In this document: piece by piece, positions 38,763-48,409 of the stretch
How positions within the stretch are numbered: the first letter of the stretch is position 1
Layout: every line of letters starts with the position of its first letter
From: an uncultured Gemmatimonadota bacterium
GTDB lineage: Bacteria; Blakebacterota; Blakebacteria; Blakebacterales; Blakebacteraceae
Direction: 5' to 3'
DNA length: 64,000 nt
Assembly (NCBI GenBank): GCA_964576115.1
Contig: CAZNUA010000007.1
Location: 1-64,000, forward strand
Program-made: the position numbers and the translations under genes
Notes under the pieces: generated by a model
Seen by the model: only the letters and a program-made list of their open reading frames with translations
Told to the model about the DNA's origin: nothing
Database searches by the model: none

Positions 38763-39255
38763 GTTCTTCTATCTCATCGCCCAGCTTCCCCGGCTCAGCT
38801 TCGACGACGGGCCGCCGATCTCGATCGAGGTCTTTCTCGAAGAAGCCCGCAAGTGGATGCGCCCGTCCGAATACCGTCTGCTGGCCGGGATCGATCTCTT
38901 CGACACCTCGACCGCGAAAAGCCGGGCTCCCGAGCTGGTCCACGCCTACCGCGTCTTCGAACGGGCCTTCCGCACCGATCTGGCGCAGTGGCGCGAGGCC
39001 GCCCGTGCGGGCGATGAGTACGTCCCCTCAACTTTCTCCCCCGCCCTGGTGCGGGGCGCCGATCCCCTCGCTACCGAACGGAATCTCCTCGAACACCGCT
39101 GGCGGTTCCTCGAGGAACGGGAGGCGGATCACCATTTCGACCTGCAGTTCCTGATCATCTACCACCTGAAACTCCAGATCCTGAGCCGCCTCGCGTCGTT
39201 CGACACCGAGCGGGGCCGGCAGGTGTTCCAGGAAGTGAGCGGGATACGAGAATGA
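38755..39255 (+). CDS. DUF2764 family V-ATPase-associated protein (subunit C-like)
   Basis: FYLIAQLP, HHFD, YHLKLQIL; position between E and A as in spirochaete/Bacteroidota/Chlamydia operons. Confidence 0.8.
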   Translation: MDKFFYLIAQLPRLSFDDGPPISIEVFLEEARKWMRPSEYRLLAGIDLFDTSTAKSRAPELVHAYRVFERAFRTDLAQWREAARAGDEYVPSTFSPALVRGADPLATERNLLEHRWRFLEEREADHHFDLQFLIIYHLKLQILSRLASFDTERGRQVFQEVSGIRE

Positions 39256-40979
39256 CGCAACAGACAGGCGTGATCACGGGCATCAACGGCAATATGATCA
39301 CCGTCGAGTTCGAAGGGTCGGTCGCCCAGAACGAGGTGGGTTTCGCCCTGCAGGGCGAGCAGCGGCTCAAGTCCGAGGTGATCCGGATCCAGGGTAACCT
39401 CGCCTTCATGCAGGTGTTCGAGAGCACAAAGGGCCTGGGGATCGGAGACGAGGTGGAGTTCACCAGCGAACTCCTCTCGGTTCAGCTCGGTCCCGGCCTG
39501 CTCGAGCAGATCTACGACGGCCTGCAGAATCCCCTGCCAGAACTGGCCGCCGAGTACGGCTTTTTCCTGCCCAAGGGTATCATTCTCGACGCCCTGGGAG
39601 ACCGGACATGGCACTTCACCCCCCTGGTCGAGACCGGAGCCAGGGTGACCGGCGGCAGCCGTCTCGGACACGTGCCCGAGACCCACTTCACCCACTTCAT
39701 CTTCGTGCCCTTCAATTTGACGGGGGAATGGGAGATCGTTTCGATCGCCGGCGAAGACGACTATTCGGTGCAGGACGTGATCGCAACCGTGCGCGACGAG
39801 CGGGGCGCGACCCGCGAGTTGACGATGCAGTTCGACTGGCCGGTCAAGGTGCCGATCACCACCTACCGGCGCAAACTGATGCCGACCGAACCGCTGACCA
39901 CCAACGTACGCATCATCGACACCTTCTTCCCCGTCGCCAAGGGCGGCACCTACTGCATCCCCGGCCCGTTCGGGGCCGGCAAGACGGTCCTGCAGCAGAT
40001 CACCAGCCGCCACGCCGAGGTGGACGTGGTGGTGATCGCGGCCTGCGGCGAGCGGGCCGGCGAGATCGTCGAAACGATGCGCGAGTTCCCCGAGCTGAGC
40101 GACCCCCGCACCGGGGGACTGCTGATGGAGCGCACCATCATCATCGCCAACACCTCCTCGATGCCGGTGGCGGCCCGGGAAGCCTCGGTCTACACCGCCA
40201 CCACCCTGGGCGAGTACTACCGCCAGATGGGCCTGAATGTCCTGCTTCTGGCCGACTCCACCTCCCGCTGGGCCCAGGCGATGCGCGAGATGTCGGGCCG
40301 GCTCGAGGAGATCCCGGGCGAGGAGGCCTTCCCCGCCTACCTGGAATCCCGGATCGCCCAGTTCTACGAGCGGGCCGGTCTGGTCGAACTCGAGACCGGA
40401 GAGATCGCCAGCCTGACCATCGGAGGAACGGTCAGCCCGGCCGGCGGCAACTTCGAAGAGCCGGTTACCCAGTCGACCCTGAAGGTGGTCGGGGCTTTCC
40501 ACGGTCTGTCGCGCGAGCGCTCCGACGCCCGCCGCTATCCCGCCATCGATCCCCTCGACAGCTGGTCGAAATACACCAGCGCGGTGCCCGCCGGGGATGT
40601 CGCAAAAGCCCGTGATTTTCTGCGCAAGGGCTCGGACGTACACCAGATGATGATGGTCGTGGGCGAGGAAGGCACATCGATCCCCGATTTCGTCATCTAT
40701 CTGAAATCGGAGTTCGTGGACGCGGTCTACCTGCAGCAGAACGCCTTCGATGAAGTGGATGCGGCCACACACCCCGAGCGGCAGGCCCGGGTGATGGCCA
40801 AGATCTGCGCCATCCTCGACCACGAGTTCACTTTCGCGACCAAGGACGAGGCCCGGCGAGCTTTCTATGATCTGCGACAGAAGTTCATCGACTGGAATTA
40901 TGTTCGCATGGAGAGTGAGGATTTCGAGCGGATCGACAAAGAGATCGACACCCTCATCGGAGAGGGGGTGGCGTCATGA
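39252..40979 (+). CDS. ntpA: V/A-type ATP synthase subunit A
   Basis: Walker [37 protein letters not shown]. Confidence 0.96.
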   Translation: MTQQTGVITGINGNMITVEFEGSVAQNEVGFALQGEQRLKSEVIRIQGNLAFMQVFESTKGLGIGDEVEFTSELLSVQLGPGLLEQIYDGLQNPLPELAAEYGFFLPKGIILDALGDRTWHFTPLVETGARVTGGSRLGHVPETHFTHFIFVPFNLTGEWEIVSIAGEDDYSVQDVIATVRDERGATRELTMQFDWPVKVPITTYRRKLMPTEPLTTNVRIIDTFFPVAKGGTYCIPGPFGAGKTVLQQITSRHAEVDVVVIAACGERAGEIVETMREFPELSDPRTGGLLMERTIIIANTSSMPVAAREASVYTATTLGEYYRQMGLNVLLLADSTSRWAQAMREMSGRLEEIPGEEAFPAYLESRIAQFYERAGLVELETGEIASLTIGGTVSPAGGNFEEPVTQSTLKVVGAFHGLSRERSDARRYPAIDPLDSWSKYTSAVPAGDVAKARDFLRKGSDVHQMMMVVGEEGTSIPDFVIYLKSEFVDAVYLQQNAFDEVDAATHPERQARVMAKICAILDHEFTFATKDEARRAFYDLRQKFIDWNYVRMESEDFERIDKEIDTLIGEGVAS

Positions 40980-42406
40980 GGCGGGTCTACAACCGGATCC
41001 TGAGCGTTTCGGGTAACGTCATCAGCGTGCGCGCCACCGGAGTGGCCTACGAGGAGCTGGCCGAGATATCGACCTGGCATGGAAAATCGCTGGCTCAGGT
41101 GATCAAGCTCGAGGGTGACCTGGTCTACCTGCAGGTCTTCGCGGGCAGCCGGGGCATCGCCACCGACGCCGAAGTGCGCTTCCTCGGCCACCCCATGCAG
41201 GTCTCCTTTTCCGAGAACATGCTCGGCCGGATCTACAACGGTTCGGGGCAGCCCCGCGATGGCGGCCCTCCCATCACCGAGAACGTGATCGAGATCGCCG
41301 GACCGCCGGTCAACCCGGCCAAGCGCATCATCCCGAAGCGGATGATCCGCACCAACATCCCGATGATCGACGTCTTCAACTCGCTGGTGGCCTCGCAGAA
41401 ACTGCCCATCTTTTCGGTCTCGGGCGAGCCCTACAACGAACTGCTGGCCCGGATCGCCCTGCAGGCCGAGGTGGATATGATCATCCTCGGGGGAATCGGC
41501 CTGAAATTCGACCAGTACATGTACTTCCGCAACACCCTCGAAGAGGGCGGTGCCCTGGGCCGGTCGATATTCTTCATCCATACCGCCGACGAACCGGTCG
41601 TCGAGGGGCTCATGGTGCCCGACCTGGCCCTGGCCGTGGCCGAGAAATTCGCCCTGCAGGGCAAAGAGGTTCTCTGTCTGCTGACCGACATGACCAACTT
41701 CTCCGACGCCCTGAAGGAAATCGCCATCACCATGGAGCAGGTCCCCTCGAACCGGGGCTACCCGGGCGACCTCTACAGCCAGCTCGCCTCGCGGTACGAG
41801 AAGGCGGTCGACTTCGAGGGTGCGGGCGCCATCACCACCCTGGCCGTGACGACCATGCCCGGCGACGATGTCACCCACCCGGTGCCCGACAATACCGGCT
41901 ACATCACCGAGGGGCAGTTCTACCTGCGCAACGGCCGGATCGAGCCCTTCGGCAGCCTGAGCCGACTCAAGCAGCAGGTCAACGACGCCACCCGTCCCGA
42001 CCACCGGGCCATCATGGACGGCATGATCCGCCTCTACGCCTCCTACAAGGAGACCGAAGAGAAACGGGCCATGGGATTCCGCATGAGCAGCTGGGACGAT
42101 AAACTGCTCAAGTACGGTGGGATGTTCGAATCGGGAATGATGGACCTGAGTGTGAATATCCCGCTCGAAGAAGCCCTCGACCGCGGCTGGAAGATCCTGG
42201 CCGAGTGCTTCACTTCCGAGGAGACCGGGTTGCGTTCGGAGCTGATCAAGGAGTACTGGCCCGAAGAGATGACTGTCACAACCGGAGATGAAGACGCGGA
42301 AACCGCGGCCGAACCTCCGCCCGACTCCGGCGCGGCCCAAAGTGCGGATGAGAGCGAAGAGGAATCCGGACATCAATCCGCCGATGAGGAACCGGACGAG
42401 GCCTGA
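40976..42406 (+). CDS. ntpB: V/A-type ATP synthase subunit B with acidic C-terminal tail
   Basis: [37 protein letters not shown]. Confidence 0.96.
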   Translation: MRRVYNRILSVSGNVISVRATGVAYEELAEISTWHGKSLAQVIKLEGDLVYLQVFAGSRGIATDAEVRFLGHPMQVSFSENMLGRIYNGSGQPRDGGPPITENVIEIAGPPVNPAKRIIPKRMIRTNIPMIDVFNSLVASQKLPIFSVSGEPYNELLARIALQAEVDMIILGGIGLKFDQYMYFRNTLEEGGALGRSIFFIHTADEPVVEGLMVPDLALAVAEKFALQGKEVLCLLTDMTNFSDALKEIAITMEQVPSNRGYPGDLYSQLASRYEKAVDFEGAGAITTLAVTTMPGDDVTHPVPDNTGYITEGQFYLRNGRIEPFGSLSRLKQQVNDATRPDHRAIMDGMIRLYASYKETEEKRAMGFRMSSWDDKLLKYGGMFESGMMDLSVNIPLEEALDRGWKILAECFTSEETGLRSELIKEYWPEEMTVTTGDEDAETAAEPPPDSGAAQSADESEEESGHQSADEEPDEA

Positions 42407-42423
42407 ACCGACGCGAATCAACG

Positions 42424-43038
42424 ATGCCGAAAGTCCGCCTGACAAAGAACGAGCTCAAGAAGCAGAAGGATGACCTGAAACGGTTCACCCGCTATCTGCC
42501 CACGCTCGAACTGAAGAAAAAGCAGCTCCTGCAGGAGATCAGGAAAATCCAGCAGGACGTACAGCGGACCGAGACGGTTATCCGGATGACCGAGCGCGAG
42601 GTCGAGGAGTGGGCGGGTGTATTCGCCGACGAGGTGGACCTGCGCGAATACCTGAAGATCGGCACCGTCGTCACCGGCGAGGGAAACATCGCCGGCATCG
42701 ACATCCCTGTCTTCGAGGACGTGGTCTTCGAGGATATCCGGTACGATTTCTTCACCGTACCGTTCTGGGTCGATGCCGCCCTGGCCGTCGTCAGGAACCA
42801 GATCAAACGGGGCATCGAACTCGAGATTCTGGCCGAACAGGAGCGGATCGTCCGCGAGGAGCTGCGCATCACCATCCAGCGGATCAAGCTCTTCGAGGAA
42901 GTGAAGATCCCCGACGCCCGGGAGAACATCAGGAAGATCCGGATCTTTCTCGGCGACCAGCAGACGGCCGAAGTCGTACGCGGCAAGATCGCCAAGACCA
43001 AGGTCGAACGAAAGCGGGAGGCACAGGGAATCGCATGA
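42424..43038 (+). CDS. ntpD: V/A-type ATP synthase subunit D
   Basis: LTKNELK, YLPTLELKK, LFEEVKIP. Confidence 0.93.
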   Translation: MPKVRLTKNELKKQKDDLKRFTRYLPTLELKKKQLLQEIRKIQQDVQRTETVIRMTEREVEEWAGVFADEVDLREYLKIGTVVTGEGNIAGIDIPVFEDVVFEDIRYDFFTVPFWVDAALAVVRNQIKRGIELEILAEQERIVREELRITIQRIKLFEEVKIPDARENIRKIRIFLGDQQTAEVVRGKIAKTKVERKREAQGIA

Positions 43039-44831
43039 TCGTCCCGATGCGCAAAGTCACGCTCCTGCTGAGCGCGCGGCAGCGAACCGAGGCTCTGAAA
43101 AAGCTGCGGCGGCTGGGGGTTCTGCACGTGGCCAACGTCCAGCCCCCGAAGCACGAATCGATCCAGAGCCTGCAGGACGAACTGGCCGAGATCGACCGGG
43201 GTCTCGAGCTGCTCCCCCCCGGTGTACCCGAGAGCATACCCGAAAGCGCCCGCGAGCGACTCGATGACGAACCGCTGCAGATCGCCCGGATGATCGACGG
43301 GTACGACCAGAGCCGGGCCAACCTGGCAAGCGAGCTGGCCGAGTACCGCGACATCCGGTCGTGGTACGACCGGTGGGGCCCGGTCTCGCACGACGATATC
43401 GAGATTCTGCGCCGGGCGGGCATTCTGGTCCGGCTCTATGTCGCCGACAAGCGGAGCTTGAAATTCCTGCCCCCCGAAGCACAGATACAGATCGTGCGTC
43501 AGGAGGCGGGGACGGTGTACTTCGCCCTGTTCTGCGAGGATCCCGGCCACAAGCTGCCCTTCAAGGAACAGCTCGTACCCCGGATCGAGATGGCCGATCT
43601 CGACCGGCTGATCGCCCGCCTCGAGGAGCAGATCGCCGAGGTGGACGAACTCATCGCCGGTCTGGCCGCGGCCCGGGACAAACTCGCCGCTCACCGCGCC
43701 GATCTGCTGCAGCGGCTCGAGATGCAGGAAGTCCTGCACGGCATGGGTGCCGAAGAACGCTTCGTCTGGCTGCAGGGTTTCTGCCCGGCCCGCATCGTAC
43801 CCCAGCTGACCGCAGCCGCCGAAGAGAACGGCTGGGCCTGGATCGTCGCCGAACCCGACCCCGATGACGATGCTCCCACCCTGGTCGAGAATCCGAAGTG
43901 GCTGCGCATCGTCCAGCCCCTGTTCGATTTTCTGGGTACCCTGCCGGGGTACCGTGAATTCGACATCAGTTTTCCCTTCCTGCTCTTTTTCAGTCTCTTC
44001 TTTGCGATGATCGTGAGCGATGCCGGCTACGGACTCGTCTTCGTGGTCGCGGCCTTCATCGCTTCCCGCAAGGCGGGTCCGGAGGCACCGAAAGAAGCCT
44101 TCTTCCTGGTCTACGTACTCGGCGGTGCGACCATGCTCTGGGGGCTGCTCTCGGGCAACTGGTTCGGGTATGAGGATATCGGCCGGCTTCCTTTCTTCAA
44201 CTGGGCGCTGATCGACTCGATCGACGCCTTCAGCGACACCAACCAGAACACCCTGATGTACCTCTGCTTCCTGATCGCCGTGATCCACCTGAGCGTGGCT
44301 CACGCCCTGCGGGCCTGGCGGCAGATCAACACCCTGAAAGCCATCGCCGAGCTGGGCTGGATCGCCATCATCTGGACGCTCTTCTTCGTGGCCGGCCAGC
44401 TGGTCCTGGGCGAGGGGTACGAGGCCCCCACCTTCACCGGGCTGCTTTTCGCCGGCGGTTCGGCCGCGATCCTGCTCTTCGCCAATTTCAGGAAGAACAT
44501 CCTCACGGGGATCCTGATCACCCTGGGCGACCTGCCGCTCTCCATCATCAGCTCCTTCTCCGATGTCGTCTCCTACCTGCGCCTCTTCGCGGTGGGGTAC
44601 GCCTCGGTGATCGTCGCGGCGAGTTTCAACGACATGGCCCTGGCCGGGGGAATCAGCGGCCCCGTAGCCGGTCTGGGGGCCGCCTTGATCCTGTTGCTCG
44701 GCCACTCGCTGAACATCGTCCTCTGCCTGATGGGGGTGATCGTGCACGGGGTGCGCCTGAATCTGCTCGAGTTCTCGGGGCAGCTGGGCATGCAGTGGTC
44801 GGGGCGGGAGTACCGGCCGTTCAGCGAGTGA
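43035..44831 (+). CDS. ntpI: V/A-type ATP synthase subunit I (a)
   Basis: MIVPMRKV start overlapping the D stop; PGYRE, DAGYG, SYLRLFAVG, HGVRLNLLEF. Confidence 0.93.
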   Translation: MIVPMRKVTLLLSARQRTEALKKLRRLGVLHVANVQPPKHESIQSLQDELAEIDRGLELLPPGVPESIPESARERLDDEPLQIARMIDGYDQSRANLASELAEYRDIRSWYDRWGPVSHDDIEILRRAGILVRLYVADKRSLKFLPPEAQIQIVRQEAGTVYFALFCEDPGHKLPFKEQLVPRIEMADLDRLIARLEEQIAEVDELIAGLAAARDKLAAHRADLLQRLEMQEVLHGMGAEERFVWLQGFCPARIVPQLTAAAEENGWAWIVAEPDPDDDAPTLVENPKWLRIVQPLFDFLGTLPGYREFDISFPFLLFFSLFFAMIVSDAGYGLVFVVAAFIASRKAGPEAPKEAFFLVYVLGGATMLWGLLSGNWFGYEDIGRLPFFNWALIDSIDAFSDTNQNTLMYLCFLIAVIHLSVAHALRAWRQINTLKAIAELGWIAIIWTLFFVAGQLVLGEGYEAPTFTGLLFAGGSAAILLFANFRKNILTGILITLGDLPLSIISSFSDVVSYLRLFAVGYASVIVAASFNDMALAGGISGPVAGLGAALILLLGHSLNIVLCLMGVIVHGVRLNLLEFSGQLGMQWSGREYRPFSE

Positions 44832-44890
44832 GCGGCCCGGCGACGGAAATACGTGGTAACGTTTTGCACGGGTAAGAAAGGACAGAAACT

Positions 44891-45331
44891 GTGATCGATG
44901 GACTGGGTGACCTGAATCTCTCTCTCGTGCTGAGCGCCGTGGGTTCGGCCCTGGGCACCGGAGTAGCGGGGATGGCTGCGATCGGAGCCTGGAAGAAGGC
45001 GTTCGCCCAGAACAAGGCGGCGCCCTTCATCCTGGTGGCTTTCGTGGGCATGCCCCTCTCGCAGACGATCTACGGCATGATCCTGCGCAACGCCATCCAG
45101 GCCCGGCTTCCCTCGACCGAGAGTTCGACCGCCGCCATCCTCATCGGCGCTTTGGCGGGATTGGCTATGGGACTTTCGGCCCTGATGCAGGGCCGGGCCG
45201 GGGCGAAAGCGTCCGACGCCCTGGGGGAAACCGGCAAGGGCTTCGCCAACTACATCATGGTCCTGGGGGTCATCGAGACGGTGGCGCTGTTCGTCATGGT
45301 CTTCGCCATGACCGCCCTGCCCGCGGTCTGA
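44891..45331 (+). CDS. ntpK: V/A-type ATP synthase subunit K (c), 4-TM
   Basis: GSALG, PLSQTIYG, SALMQG, GVIETVALF. Confidence 0.93.
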   Translation: MIDGLGDLNLSLVLSAVGSALGTGVAGMAAIGAWKKAFAQNKAAPFILVAFVGMPLSQTIYGMILRNAIQARLPSTESSTAAILIGALAGLAMGLSALMQGRAGAKASDALGETGKGFANYIMVLGVIETVALFVMVFAMTALPAV

Positions 45332-45365
45332 TCACCCGACCGTCATACCACCCTTGAAACCGGAT

Positions 45366-45400
45366 ACGGGTGCAGGAGGAATCTCCTGCGCCCGTGTTCT
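45366..45400 (+). terminator. Stem-loop after ntpK (probable terminator between convergent genes)
   Basis: ACGGGTGCAGGAG-GAAT-CTCCTGCGCCCGT, 13-bp stem with one G-U pair; weak U-tract. Confidence 0.6.
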
Positions 45401-45431
45401 CCCGTCCCTGATACTACCCTGGATGTAACCC

Positions 45432-46271
45432 TCAGGCCGGAGGAACCGCCAGCAGGGTTCTGATCTTCACTTTCGATTCCTTCGGGCTCGAGCCGCCGGG
45501 CATCATCTGACCGCCCGCACCGCCCGCTCCGGGGGTGATACCACCGCGGCCGCCCCGTCCACCCGTACCGCCAGTGCGCCCTCCACTGCCGGGGACGATG
45601 CCGCCCCCGCCACCACCGGTTATTCCTCCCTGACCTCGCCGGGCCAGTTCGCCCAGGCGGTCCCGATCCAGAATAAATTCGATGACGAGACCGATCTGTT
45701 GTCCCGGTTCGGCCCCGATCCCGAAAAGTCCTTCGGCGGCCGCCAGCGGAACGCTCATCTCCAGAACCGCGTACCCCCGGCTCATGGTACCGGCCGCCGT
45801 CAATCCCCGCTGGTCCTTAACCGGAGTGGCCAGGAGACCATCCCTGCTCCGCCTGACGACAGCGAGCGATTCGGGCTGACCGGGCAGCGGCGGTGTCCGG
45901 CTGCGTCCGCCCCCGGTCGCTCCGGGGCGTCCGAAATCGGTGGCAGGCAGGGAGGCAGGTGCATAACGAATTCCGACGTCGCGTTTCGCACCTCCCTCGG
46001 GATCGATCCAGATAATCGCGTAACCGGTGCGCAGGGTCTGCAGCCAGCCCTGTTCTCCCAGCCGGAGAGTCAGGTACAGGAACTCACTGTCGTTGGCCAG
46101 ACCGGCGGTCATTCTCTTCTTCTCGACACTGAGAGTGGCATACCCGGCCCACTCGCCGTCATGACCGTCAATGACGATGTCACCGGTGTGCCAGTTGGCC
46201 GGAAGCTCCATCGTACGGCATCCTGCCGCGCAGAAGAGAATGATCAGCACGGGCAGCAGCCGGAGCCGCAT
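45432..46271 (-). CDS. Hypothetical lipoprotein with Gly-rich C-terminal region
   Basis: Lipobox AAGC; IDGHDGEW resembling a DOMON/CBM9-like start; GGRGGRGG tract; start could be 46301. Confidence 0.7.
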   Translation of the reverse strand: MRLRLLPVLIILFCAAGCRTMELPANWHTGDIVIDGHDGEWAGYATLSVEKKRMTAGLANDSEFLYLTLRLGEQGWLQTLRTGYAIIWIDPEGGAKRDVGIRYAPASLPATDFGRPGATGGGRSRTPPLPGQPESLAVVRRSRDGLLATPVKDQRGLTAAGTMSRGYAVLEMSVPLAAAEGLFGIGAEPGQQIGLVIEFILDRDRLGELARRGQGGITGGGGGGIVPGSGGRTGGTGGRGGRGGITPGAGGAGGQMMPGGSSPKESKVKIRTLLAVPPA

Positions 46272-46462
46272 CGCTGCAGGTCGATATCGTGAGAGTGCCA
46301 TCTTTTCGTCCTTTCCGGATCCCCATGCCGCCACTGATCTCTCCTTCTCCGTCCGATAGACACCGCGGTCAGAGTCATCCTTCTCCTCTTGCGGGATCCC
46401 GTCTACCGCCGGATATACTCCTTCCGTTCAGACATTGCTTTCACTCCCGTCAAGGTCGAATC

Positions 46463-47635
46463 ATGCGTCCTTTACGCTCGGCTCTGCTTATTCCCACCGT
46501 CATCGGTGGATTGTTCGCCTATCCCTCCGGTCTTGGCGCCCAGCCCGACCGCGGGTACTCGATCCCGCTGCTCGACCTGGCTTTCGAGACCGACCGCCAG
46601 GTCGTGGTGGACCGCGAACCGGGCCAGTATCTGGGACACCCCACCACCGTCCTGCTCGAGGACGGCCGGACGATGATCTGCGTCTACCCGAAGGGGCACG
46701 GCCGGGGTGCGATCGTCATGAAGCGTTCCGACGACGGCGGTCTCACCTGGAGCGAACGCCTGCCCGTACCCGAAAACTGGGCCACCTCCCGTGAAGTACC
46801 GACCATCCACCGGGTCACGGATCCGGCCGGAATCAGACGGTTGATCCTCTTCAGTGGCCTCTATCCCATCCGGATGGCGATCTCCGGGAACGACGGAGAG
46901 ACCTGGACGCCTCTGGAACCGATCGGCGAGTACGGCGGGATCGTGGCCATGGCCTCGGTGGCCTGCATGACCGACGGCTCGTACCGGGCCTGGTTCCACG
47001 ACGACGGCCGCTTCATCGCCGGCTCGGGCGAGGTCAAACCCGAACCCTACCGCTTCACCGTCTACGGCATCCGCTCGATCGACGGCGGCCTGACCTGGAG
47101 TGAGCCCGAGCCGGTCACGACCCACCCCGAGGCCCATCTCTGCGAGCCGGGTTTCGTACGCAGTCCCGACGGAGACACGATTGCCCTGCTGCTGCGCGAG
47201 AACAGCCGGCGGATGAATTCCTTCGTGATCTTCTCGCACGACGAGGGTCAGAGCTGGAGCGAGCCGCGCGAGTTGCCCGGAGCTCTGACCGGCGACCGGC
47301 ATACCGCGAAATACGCGCCCGACGGACGGCTCTTCATCAGCTTCCGCGACCGCACTCACGAAAGTGTGACCTGGGGGGATTGGGTCGGCTGGGTCGGCAC
47401 CTGGGAGGATATCGATGCCGGGCATGAAGGGCAGTACCGGATCCGACTGATGGACAACCATGTCGATGCCGATTGCGCCTACCCGGCGGTGGAGCTGCTC
47501 CCCGACGGCACCTTCGTGACGACCACCTACGGCCACTGGCTTGCGGACGAGGAACCCTTCATCGTCAGCGTACGCTTCCAGCTTGAAGAACTCGACGAGC
47601 GGGTGCGCTCCCGCGACCGTGCGGACACGTACTGA
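46463..47635 (+). CDS. Exported BNR/Asp-box (sialidase-fold) glycosidase
   Basis: Four Asp-boxes: SDDGGLTW, SGNDGETW, SIDGGLTW, SHDEGQSW; signal peptide. Confidence 0.85.
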   Translation: MRPLRSALLIPTVIGGLFAYPSGLGAQPDRGYSIPLLDLAFETDRQVVVDREPGQYLGHPTTVLLEDGRTMICVYPKGHGRGAIVMKRSDDGGLTWSERLPVPENWATSREVPTIHRVTDPAGIRRLILFSGLYPIRMAISGNDGETWTPLEPIGEYGGIVAMASVACMTDGSYRAWFHDDGRFIAGSGEVKPEPYRFTVYGIRSIDGGLTWSEPEPVTTHPEAHLCEPGFVRSPDGDTIALLLRENSRRMNSFVIFSHDEGQSWSEPRELPGALTGDRHTAKYAPDGRLFISFRDRTHESVTWGDWVGWVGTWEDIDAGHEGQYRIRLMDNHVDADCAYPAVELLPDGTFVTTTYGHWLADEEPFIVSVRFQLEELDERVRSRDRADTY

Positions 47636-47677
47636 TCGGGCTGGATATCTATCCGGAAGCCGGGGCCGGTTTCCGGT

Positions 47678-48268
47678 TCACTCGTCCGTGGCGGGGGAAT
47701 CCTCCACCCCGGTGCCGACCTCCGTGCCGGCCTCGTCTTCGGCACAGCTCTGGTTCTCGAGAAGCTCTTCGAACCGGGTGCGCAGCGCGACGAACTCCTC
47801 ATAGACAGCTTTGAGCCGGGCCTTGTTCGGCAGATCGAGGGTGCGGTACGTGATGCGTCCCAGAGCCTTATTGGCGCTTTCTCTCAACTGACGGAGCTGA
47901 TCGGAGAGTTCCGCCTCCTCGTTCCAGGTCGGCACGTAATCGGTGGCGATCACGTCCTCGATGATCCCGCGTGCCGGAGGGAAATAGAAGTTGATCAGGG
48001 TGCGGGAGTGCAGCAACCAGGATTCAAGACAGGCATTCAGATCAGGCTTGCCGACCCGGTGCGAGTAGCGGATGAGGTAATCGATGGTGTTCTTGACCAT
48101 CCACATTTCGTACTCGAGCTGACCGTGCAGCTCGGTGATTTCTTCGGCGGTGCGCGGTTCATCCTCGCAGGGAGCCAGGACCGGACCTTTCCGGCGGTCG
48201 GCCATGCGCCGATCGCCCTGCCTGCGATCAGCCTTTCTTCTGTCGCCCTCTCGTCTGTCGAACGGCAT
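47678..48268 (-). CDS. Hypothetical protein: five DRRxx repeats plus a helical, possibly HEPN-like domain
   Basis: Fills the gap between genes; AAGG RBS; ESWLLHSRTLINF and NKALGRITY segments. Confidence 0.7.
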   Translation of the reverse strand: MPFDRREGDRRKADRRQGDRRMADRRKGPVLAPCEDEPRTAEEITELHGQLEYEMWMVKNTIDYLIRYSHRVGKPDLNACLESWLLHSRTLINFYFPPARGIIEDVIATDYVPTWNEEAELSDQLRQLRESANKALGRITYRTLDLPNKARLKAVYEEFVALRTRFEELLENQSCAEDEAGTEVGTGVEDSPATDE

Positions 48269-48387
48269 GGTGGACGCCTTTCCTGCCGGGACGGCCCGAT
48301 CCCTCTCCAGCCGGGCTGGCTAAGATAACAGATATGTACCCGGGTCACTATCTCGTTCCCGCCCGGATACTCCGGAAGGGCACGATC

Positions 48388-48405
48388 GGTATCCGTACGG
48401 ATACC
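48388..48405. terminator. Perfect 18-bp palindrome GGTATCCGTACGGATACC
   Basis: Immediately after the stop of the acyl-CoA synthetase; hairpin or operator; no U-tract. Confidence 0.4.
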
Positions 48406-48409
48406 TGTT

